This document shows positions 54,338 through 64,000 of a DNA stretch of 64,000 nucleotides, in pieces. The stretch lies in contig OX597818.1 in the NCBI GenBank assembly GCA_951406725.2, positions 50,778,001 to 50,842,000 on the forward strand, in the 5' to 3' direction. The stretch's first letter is position 1. Every line of letters starts with the position of its first letter. The notes beneath the pieces are model-generated. The model saw only the letters and a list, made by a program, of their open reading frames with translations, searched no databases and was not told the DNA's origin. The position numbers and the translations under genes were made by a program. This DNA is from Octopus vulgaris. Taxonomy: Eukaryota.

Positions 54338-54858
54338 TAGAAATTGATTCCATGACTATATGAGCGTGAGCCCAACCACGAATTTATGCACGCCGCCTCT
54401 CATACAGGAGATGTCTTACATAATTTCATGAAGCGTATATATTAAACGTAAACCTTAAATACATTTAAAACTCGCAGCTGTTAACATGTTACATGTATTG
54501 TAGTAAAACACGAGCATCAAGAGGTAATGGCCCAAGAAAGAAGCCTTTGTGTGACTGCTTGACTTGCTATACATAGCAATCATATTTCATTTGTAATAAA
54601 ATCTTGCTATCTTAAAATAGAAACATAGATGCAGCCCCATAAACTTATAAAGACTTGGCGGGTGTGCCTGGAAAATCTATGGTCAATGTCACAACGAACC
54701 TAAACGTTTAGAAATTGATACCATAACTATATGATCGTGAGCCCAACCACGAATTTATGCACGCTGCTTTTCTAATAGGCGATATCTTATATGATTTCAT
54801 TAAGAGTATATATTAAACGTAAACCGTAAATACATTTAAAACTCGCAGCTATTAACAT
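54338..54858. repeat. ~150-bp imperfect direct repeat (54338-54487 and 54709-54858)
   Basis: TAGAAATTGAT..CGTGAGCCCAACCACGAATTTATGCACGC..AAAACTCGCAGCT occurs twice. Confidence 0.9.
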
Positions 54859-55144
54859 CATTTTTTTATATACGTTTAGTATTAAGTGAGAATAGCTTAA
54901 TAGAGGAGTCGATGTTGGAGCTGAAATAATCAATCTAAGCGCACGCACGCACACATACAAACACGAACACACTCGTAACACAGAGAAACACAGAAACATA
55001 CACACACGCGCGCGCACGTAACACACAATACACGCAACAGAGAATTTCTTATAAATATATCTACTTACAAAAGTAGTGGGTGTGGGTGTGGGTGTGGGTG
55101 TGGGTGTGGATGTATAAAGAGAGTGGGGTAGAGAGGAAGGGAAG

Positions 55145-55145
<1 letters not shown>

Positions 55146-55226
<81 letters not shown>

Positions 55227-55249
55227 TAGATAGGTAGATGGATTGATAG

Positions 55250-55288
<39 letters not shown>

Positions 55289-55331
55289 GAGATAGATAGA
55301 TAGATAGATAGAGATAGATAGATGGATTGAT

Positions 55332-55424
<93 letters not shown>

Positions 55425-55440
55425 TATAGATATAGATATA
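55146..55440. repeat. (GATA)n microsatellite
   Basis: Read directly. Confidence 0.95.
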
Positions 55441-55879
55441 TACATACACACATGTATGTGTGTGTATGTGTGTGCACGTGTGTGTTTGTGTGTCTGTGTA
55501 TGATTGTACTGTTGTTACTGCCTTTGCTAATTGAGTTCAATGTGTCATATTTCTGACATTTTCCTTTTTATATTGCGTACGAATATCTTCAAATGTGCCT
55601 CCTTTGTGTAACTAGAAAACCATTTCTCGTAACAACTATAAATGGTTTTAGCAAAATCATGTCATACAAGGAACACCCAACACACACACACACACACATA
55701 CACACACACACACACACACACATACACACACACACACATACATACTCACACACACACTTGCGGGAATGAAAATAAAATGGTTCAAACCATCCTATCATAA
55801 CCTCGATCATAATTAGAAACTTTCTTCTATTAAATTAATTTCCCTGCTGTGCACAATTACCTCACTTCATCAAGAACAA

Positions 55880-56730
55880 CTTGACAGAAAACTGAACAGT
55901 ATCACTATTCACATTACAGGCAAAAATTGAGAGGAAGCCAATTAAAAGCAAACATTTCGCAATCGACAACTGGCTTGCAATTACAGAAAAGCGCTAAACT
56001 GGCCATCTGAAGGATATGCCCCTCTAAGGTGGTAATATATAAAGGAAGGGTAGCGCTTGCAAATGGTTTTGAGAGGACTTATACAGGAATCACCGAAATT
56101 TCTTTTAAGAATCGACGTAACTAGCATATACAGTCATTCGGATCGGGGGTCAGAAATATTTCTATCACATTCTCATACTATATCTGGAAATTAAGGGACA
56201 GCATACTTGGAATATTTGAATAATCCGGAATATCATCGATAAAGTCTTACTGTACTCCAGGATGTAAAGTTGATCCAGCTTTTGTTTATTTGATAAGTTC
56301 CATGTTATGAAAATAGTTACCAAGAGTACTCAACAGAAAATCCGAAATCTCATCACGCGGTCACCTTAACGTTAAATTTATTCTGGAAAATTTTCAACGG
56401 AAAATTCCTTAAATTCAATTTGGATAGTCCACCCTATTATAGGTCAATTGGCTGTAGTGCTCTCCTTTAGAGTTATAATAAAGAGATAATAACGAGCAAG
56501 CATTTACCTGTTAGCACTATCAACGCCTGCAAACGCATAAAGCTTCCATCACCTTATCACACTAAATGAAAACCAAGCCAGCCATTATTTCATCTCCAAT
56601 ATACATTCATTTCTACGCCATCAGAAAAAAACGTAGGCATTTTATTCTCCGGGAATTTTTATCTGGCTATTGATGAATCATACAAATATTTAGAAAGCAG
56701 TGAATCCCTGAGTTTGAGGTGGCCAAGCAT
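55880..56730 (+). pseudogene. Second PLE: decayed GIY-YIG endonuclease (55973-56395) plus 3' region
   Basis: ACNYRKALNWP..VVIYKGRV..TYTGITEISFKNRRN*HIQSF..FSYYIWKLRD..FCLFDKFHVM..LNRKSEISSRGHLNVKFIL. Confidence 0.8.
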
Positions 56731-57444
56731 TAAATAGAAGTGTTGGATAATTGATAGTCCAGTCACATTTTTGTTGTACATTCTAAATACACAGCAATAT
56801 TTATTTATTCAAGGGAAAGACAGAGTATGATGAAACTATTGCTACTCTGCGTCAGAAAAAAATTGCTTATTCAGCCAAGCATTATTACTGATTTCGAAAC
56901 TAACACAACAAACTCTGCATATAATTTTCTTTTTCTATTTTCTTCTTTTACGTTTTGTTTACGTATTTCTTGCACTTTGGCTCATATCTGTATAATGAAT
57001 ACCTGATTACTGACGAACGCTAACCTTAGCAGCTAGTGGTTAATCATAAATATTTTATAGAATTCCATTGATTAATACACCCAAATGCATACTTTAAATT
57101 ACCTGGCGCTTGCCTGATGTTCATTCATTTACTATCGCCATTAAGAATATGATTTCCGCAATTCCTGGTAAAGTAATTTCGGAATTACTTTCTTGCTTTA
57201 CACGTCAAGCTCAAATGCACTAAAACAACATGGCTCTTTGTTTCCTTCTATATATTTATTTGTTCATACAGTTATGAACAATAGCATCCTCAGATATAAG
57301 CGTTTCCGATGGGCCACTGCAATTCTGTTGGCAGTAATGAGAAAAGATCATCTACGCTACTTGGATAAAATAAATATACCCACCAGTTTCTGGCCAAATG
57401 TTACACCGATGTACATGCATACATATAAATATATAAATATATAT

Positions 57445-57840
57445 ATAAGAATTTTTTGCGTAATAAGATAAAAAAAACTAAGGCTGTATGGATATTAGAG
57501 CATTTATAGATAGGTCTTACAGCTGTTTCTTGGATATTAATTAATAATATCCCTTCATCGGAGACGGTGTGAGAGGAAAATTAAGTCATAGTTAGTTTAG
57601 ATGTGATACAAAATAGAGAGTGAGGTGGACGAAAGAAAATAAATGCTCTAATATCTACACAGCCTTGATTTTTTATCTTATTACGCAAAAACATTCTTAT
57701 ATACACACGCTGACATAGAACCAACGTTGAACCCTTTATTCGAAATATTACCGAATCTGGAACTTAACTATGGTCTGTCTATAGCACTTATTCAGCATTA
57801 CCTGACACCTTTGGGTCTCAATGACACCATTACCTCTTAT
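57445..57840. mobile_element. PLE-derived fold-back island (arms 57445-57508 and 57638-57702) plus unique tail
   Basis: Inverted arms with a hammerhead in the loop. Tail shared with 19260-19400. Confidence 0.78.
57514..57565 (-). ncRNA. Minimal type I hammerhead motif (U4C variant)
   Basis: GTCT CCGATGA AGGGATATT-ATTAATT-AATATCCAA GAAAC AGCT GTA AGAC. Confidence 0.7.
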
Positions 57841-58049
57841 ATATAAAACTTAGATTAAAAACTTAGATATGTTTCGACCAAAGATTGGTCCAGCTGATAG
57901 GATTATCTAAATCCTTTTTAAGTCAAGTTTTGTTTATGGTCCATTCAAGTAGTGAGTTGTTATTGAGTGAGTTATTATTATTATTAATGAATAATAGCAA
58001 CAATAATATAAGTGGCCAGCAACCATTAAAGCCAAAAAGGCAAATTTAT

Positions 58050-58279
58050 AAATTTATAATTAATTATTAATTACAATTGAGAGTACACGAAGAACCAGCA
58101 TTGTTAGAAATAAGAGTAAAAAATACTTTCAGCTTTAATGGTAAGTTAAATTTTGCTCGTAGCTCCATTTTCGTCAGCCTGTTGTATTTTCGGTGGAATG
58201 GAGGATTACTTGAGTATTTTTCTAGCAACGCTGGTTCTTCGTGTGCCTTCAATTATAATTAATAATTAAACATAAATTA

Positions 58280-58280
<1 letters not shown>
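58050..58280. repeat. Fold-back island next to (TA)n (arms ~58050-58110 and ~58217-58280)
   Basis: CACGAAGAACCAGCATTGTTAGAAA / TTTCTAGCAACGCTGGTTCTTCGTG. Confidence 0.85.
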
Positions 58281-58341
<61 letters not shown>

Positions 58342-58409
58342 ACTACAAGTGGATTGTTAGCGATTTTTTCCCTCCGTCTTCCTTTTCTTTTGGACTTTCC
58401 TCCCTCTCC

Positions 58410-58446
58410 TGTTTCTGAAAAAGAGTTTTGCTCGAAACGTAAAACA
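58410..58446 (+). ncRNA. Minimal hammerhead motif (G8A variant) within TA-embedded island 58339-58548
   Basis: TGTTT CTGAAAA A GAGT-TTT-GCTC GAAAC GTA AAACA. Confidence 0.6.
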
Positions 58447-58681
58447 TCGTTTCTTTCCTTCCCCCAGCGTCTTATTAATATTTTGCATCAACCACGTCCT
58501 CGGTTGTTGTTTTTTCTTTTATTTTTTCTCTGTTTCTTTCATTAATTGTGTATATATATATGTATATATATCGCGGATTTTAGCGACGAAAATATTTTGA
58601 CAAATTAAACTTAAATGTTGAAGTGAATCGAACGGCTTTTGTGTGTTTCTTAAATGGCTTATAAACACCTTCCACGCTGCA

Positions 58682-58789
<108 letters not shown>

Positions 58790-59569
58790 TAGGGGGGATA
58801 AACATGTAAATATTTTAGAATGTAGAAGCGAGAAATATAAGTATCCGATATAATGGAGCGCACGTACACACACACACATACACACACACATTTTAGTCAC
58901 ATATGCCCATGCAATCACAGGTGTGTGTTTGAACAAAATACATTCTTGAGAACAGAAACAGTATTTTTCTTCAAACCTTTTTTTTCTACTTGCAATGATG
59001 TTTCCATGATTCCATACTAGATAATTTTTATAGTGTTACAGTGGATATTTTGTAATAGAATTTTAGTTGCATAACATCCTCCCACATTGTATTTGTCGTA
59101 AATATATAATATCTTAAAGTCAGTGTTTGGATGGTGTGTTCTGAAGTCACTCATTATTATCCTTCTTTCGTTGCTATTTTGTTTAGTGACCAATTCAGAA
59201 CATTATAACTCTCATTACTAAGGACAGCTAGAGTACTGATGCCGATTATCTTATTTTATTTTATTTTAGCTTTCTTTTTTTTTTTTTTCATTTAGCTCTA
59301 TTTTAAGTATTAGACTAATGCGTCTCTTACATTTCTTCTTAATCTTTTGTTTCATTTGTATATGCCAGATACCGTTTTATTCCTTTATTTCTATTTATAT
59401 GTCTTCGTTTGGCCTAATTCTCTTATCTCAGTTTCTTTTCCCAGTGTGGTATTAATATTCTTAATTAATTTTCCTCTCTTCCAGATCGTTTCGACGCATT
59501 TTTAAAGCAGAATGTTAAATTGATTTCTTTGGCATTATTGTTTTTGTCATAAATATTATTATCAATACA

Positions 59570-59790
59570 AGACGACAAGCTGACAGAATCATTAGGGAAT
59601 CGAACAAAATGCTAAGCTGCATTTCTTCCGGCTCTATACATTGTGTTCAAACTACATCGAGCTTTTATCCTTTCTGCAGCTTTTATCCTCTCTGGGTCGA
59701 TCAAATAAACACCAAATCATCGCTGAGATCGATGTAATCGACATACCCACACTCCGCAAATTATAAGCTTTGTACTTACAGTAAAAAAAA
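59570..59790 (+). mobile_element. Old Nin/Deu SINE
   Basis: Diverged family match. Confidence 0.6.
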
Positions 59791-60531
59791 GTATTACTCT
59801 TGTTGTTATTCGAGGTTCATTCACCGGAACGAAGTTTTACGATTAGAGGGTTATAAAATATTTTTTTAAATCTTTATGCAAAAACAATATAACAGTTGGA
59901 GAGAACGTGACGCGTCTTCTGTTTACTAAAAGTATTGATTGACCTGAAGCTAAATTAGAAGACACTTGCCCATGTGATCAACTGTCTACGGAGGTCTATC
60001 CTGGAACCATACAACTTGGAAGAGAACTTCTAAGCCACATAAACATCTCTGTATCAAGCTGGAATATATCCACGCTCTTCTGTTTCCAAGCAACTTGAAA
60101 GCGTGCTGCGACACTTTATTTTGTCTCTCAGGTATCCAACTGGGAAAATCTTAATTGTTTCTTTGTTTAAAACAGAAGAACATTTTAAGAATGTTTCATT
60201 GCTTTTAGTTTTACGAACGCGGTATTTTTTTTCTTCTAATTCTCGCTACCTCCATTTCCCAGAATTAAATGAACACGTTGCATCTTAGTTTATATAAATA
60301 ATATCAGTGATTGAGCTAATGCTGTCTTGCTACTAGATTAACTTTGTTTCTACTAATTTTACAGTTGTTTTTTTTTCTTTTTCTTTCAAGTAAAATACGT
60401 CTGAATGCAGTGATTTATTTGTTTTAAATGTAACACATTAAGAAAGAACATCTGCGTGGTCGCTCGCTCGCTGACTGCGAAGCGATGCAGCAGAAAGAGG
60501 TTTCATATACGGCTCTAGATATGACCTTTCT

Positions 60532-60759
60532 TATTTCTTTACTGCCCACAAGGGGATAAACATAGAGGGGACAAACAAGGACAGACAAAGGGATTAAGTC
60601 AATTACATCGACCCCAGTGCGCAACTGGTACTTTTTTAATCGACCCCGAAATGATGAAAGGCAAAGTCGACCTCGGCGGAATTTGAACTCAGAACGTAAC
60701 GGCGGACGAAATACGGCTACGCATTTCGCCCGGCGTGCTAACGATTCTGCCAGCTCGCC
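60532..60759 (-). mobile_element. Nin/Deu SINE monomer
   Basis: 14-bp TSD GATATGACCTTTCT at 60518-60531 and 60760-60773. Confidence 0.93.
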
Positions 60760-61549
60760 GATATGACCTTTCTATTTACAAGAAAGTATATTGGTATTAG
60801 AAATAGCAGCACTATATCGTCTTGTTGATATCCTTTAAGTTGTTGTTGTTATTTTGTTTTTGTTAGCCTCATGGCAAACCTTCTTATCGGAGAATTTCAC
60901 TCGCGACTATACCTTCAAATCTTTATAAAACCCTCCCTACAAATTTTTTACACTTATGAAGTTTTGCAAGCTCATGATTAAAATCCATTTATTTTCTCTA
61001 GAAATTAATAATTAGAAAGTTAAAGCCGGTAAAGTTATAGTAATTTAATCAACCGGAAGCCTTCGTTGTTGTTAGGCCAGAAGTCGCAGTTCCCTGTTCC
61101 CATGGGAAACAATATCGCCTACATCAACATACAAAACTACATCACTGTAGAAAATTTGTTAAATATGATAACGCTAAGAAAGATTTAGAAAGATCCATAC
61201 CCTCTGTTTCTTTTATGAGTATCTAGAGCCACATTATCACAAATTGTTTTTTTCTTCTTAAGACAGTAGAATGTACTCAGAGAGATTTAGCTGCTATTTC
61301 TATCCAGCTGAGTGTTTGACCACATTGCATAATATCCATGTGACTTTGTGCCTATTGTATAATAATAGTTCTATCCATTATAAAACAATTCATCTACTTT
61401 ATAAATATACAAACATGTCAGACGTGTTTGTTTTTACAAATTTTTGTAGTGTTTTCTTCCAGTTTCTGTCTATGTTATTCCAATAACTATTATAGCTCAG
61501 GTGAAGCTAGTGCTTGTCACAACTCTCTTCCCTGCACCAATAACTCTTT

Positions 61550-61930
61550 CACTCTTTCACTTCTTACAGTCATTTGACTGTGGCCATGCTGGAGCACAGC
61601 CTTTAGTCGAGCAAATCGAGCCCAGGACTTTTCTTTGTAAACCTAGTACTTATTCTATCGGGCTCTTTTGCCGAACCACTAAGTTACGGGGACGTAAACA
61701 CACCAGCATCGGTCGTCAAGCGATGTTGGGGGGACAAACATAGACACACAAACATATACACTCATACATATATACAACGGGCTTCTTTCAGTTTCCGTCT
61801 ACCAAATCCACTCACAAGGCTTTGGTCGGCCCGAGGCTATAGTAGAAGACACTTGCCCAAGTTGCCACGCAATGGGACTGAACCCGGAACCATGTGGCTG
61901 GTAAACAAGCTACTTACCACACAGGCACTC
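61550..61930 (-). mobile_element. CORE-type SINE
   Basis: Family match. Confidence 0.9.
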
Positions 61931-62228
61931 ATTTTTAGAACTTAAATTAAACATGATATTTTGATAACATGTTTTGATTTCGATCACTTTCAAGCAGTAT
62001 TATAGAACCAAAGGCGGTCTCAGACGAGTTGGTATCAAAACATTAACAACTGTAACTGCATATGCTGAGGAAAAAAGAAGTCCACGTACAGATCCAAGAG
62101 AAATCATTCGACAAGGAATAGCATTCAGATCTAGTTGAAATTACATACTGTCTTAAAAAGCGGACATATTAGATGAAGCAGACTGAGACAAAGGCCGAAT
62201 GATCATGTCTGAATGGTATTCGGTCATA

Positions 62229-62829
62229 GGACGAGCTGGCAGAATCGTTAGCACGCCGGGCGAAATGCTTAGCAGTATTTCGTCTGCCGCTGCGTTCTGA
62301 GTTCAAATTCCGCCGAGGTCGACTTTGCCTTTCATCCTTTCGGGGTCGATTAAATAAGTGCCAGTTACGCACTGGGGTCGATGTAATCGACTTAATACCT
62401 ATGTCTGTCCTTGTTTGTCCCCTCTGCGTTTAGCCCCTTGTGGGTAGTAAAGAAATAGAAATAGGTATTTCGTCTGCCGCTATGTTCTGAGTTCAAATTC
62501 CGCTGAGGTCGACTTTGCCTTTCATCCTTTCGGGGTCTATTAAATAAGTACCAGTTACGCACTGGGGTCTATATAATCGACTTAATCCCTTTGTCTGTCC
62601 TTGTTTGTCCTCTCTGTGTTTAGCCCCTTGTGGGTAGTAAAGAAATAGGTATTTCCTCTGCCGCTACGTTCTGAGTTCAAATTCTGCCGAGGTCGACTTG
62701 CTCTTTCATCTTTTCGGGGTCGATTAAATAAGTACCAGTTACGCACTGAGGTCGATATAATCGACTTAATCCCTTTGTCTATCCCTGTTTGTCCCCTGTG
62801 TTTAGCCCCTTGTGGGTAGTAAAGAAATG
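62229..62829 (+). mobile_element. Nin/Deu SINE trimer inside a single TSD
   Basis: Units start at 62275, 62465 and 62649. TSD GGTATTCGGTCATA at 62215-62228 and 62830-62843. Confidence 0.92.
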
Positions 62830-63164
62830 GGTATTCGGTCATAAACAGCAAACAATAATGGTCCTAATCAAAATATATTCAAGTTGGGATCATCCGATTA
62901 TTTTTTAAAGATTGTTTACTCTTGACTATATTATCTAATATATTCCGTTTTTTAACACGGTTGATTTTAGCTTGAAGGATATTTGACTGCTATATCTAAC
63001 AGAATTAATTAACTGCGTATAAATTCCATTGGTGATTTATCACAATCACACAGAAACGTATCATTTTACACAAGGTAATTAGCAACATGATCGTAATAGC
63101 TGTATACAACACTGCAATATGAAATGCAGACGTTATGTACTTATTTACATAAGTGCATTATATA

Positions 63165-64000
63165 CAGGTTGTGAGGATCATTTCAGGACACTTAATTATG
63201 AGGATATTACTTTCTTCATACCAATTAAAAGGGTGTTTTTTTTTATTTCTTTAATATCGTGGCAAATGAAATGCTAACATAGGGAATGAAAAATGCATAC
63301 ATTATATAGAGAACACGGTGATTTAGAAATTGCCTGTTTTCTAAATGTTGCAAAATGCTTTATACACAAATTTAGGATTGAATTGGAAGCCTTTGACGGA
63401 AACATTTTATGTCGCACGTTCGGATGCCTTCTATGCAAATCTACTCTGCGCTGCTCTGCTCTGCTCCGCTCTGCTCCCACTACTCTTTTGCTTGGTTCTA
63501 CTCTACGACTGCTACTCTCTCTATATCTACGTATTGGGCTAGTAGTCTACTTCATCGTCTGGAGGCGTCTACACAACACATTCCGATTGTTTTACAGAGA
63601 TAATAAATATTTTACGTATTCGGAGACTATAACGACATCACGATTCATCCAATGCAATTCATTTAAAATATTATATATAATGATGACACTGAAAATTAAC
63701 GGGGACCATCACTGAAGAACTTCAAATATCGGAGTTTTATATCATGAGAACAAGTCAGATGTACTGAGGAGAGGCCGATCCATTTCTGCAAAACCATTCC
63801 TTGAAAAGGTTAAAAATCCTCACGAACATGATATGCTATGGTTCTTCTCTGATGAAATCAAAGGTCTGACAGGAGAAATGACAAATGGTTGTGTGCAGAT
63901 CGTTCTGTTTCCAGAACGATACACACCAAATTTCTGGCAATTCTAATGGTTTTAGGGGTGGTGAGTAACGGGGATCATGTCATACCACCACACATCTTTC
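63165..64000 (+). pseudogene. maT/DD37D-like Tc1/mariner transposon remnant (runs off the window)
   Basis: EHGDLEIACFLNVAKCFIHKFRIELEAFDGN, DMLWFFSDE, RRNDKWLC..HTKFLAILMVLGVVSNGDHVIPPHIF. Possible TA|CAGG start at 63165. Confidence 0.8.
63408..63578 (+). mobile_element. 171-bp solo-LTR-like insert in the transposase
   Basis: TSD CATTT/CATTC. Ends CTACACAACA. Homologous to 24278-24388. Confidence 0.6.

Overview
AT-rich, microsatellite-dense eukaryotic DNA. It is most likely octopus (coleoid cephalopod) intergenic or intronic sequence, judged from its SINE families. I find no intact host gene, and nearly all ORF-track entries are microsatellite or SINE translations. The window is a mosaic of mobile DNA: three tRNA-derived SINE families, non-autonomous and fossil Helitrons, fossil RTE LINEs, mariner/maT/hAT transposase remnants, two copies of a tiny solo-LTR-like element, and many Penelope-like element (PLE) derivatives. 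Three signals stand out. (1) A PLE GIY-YIG endonuclease fragment at 550-918 (-) has only three internal stops, all TGA and all at expected cysteine positions, which suggests a selenocysteine-recoded retroelement. (2) Asymmetric fold-back islands recur, mostly inside (TA)n tracts, and several carry minimal hammerhead ribozyme cores. (3) A Nin/Deu-domain SINE forms head-once, 184-bp-body-repeated multimers, one of them bounded by a single target-site duplication. All protein and family assignments come from manual translation and remembered motifs; no database searches were run.
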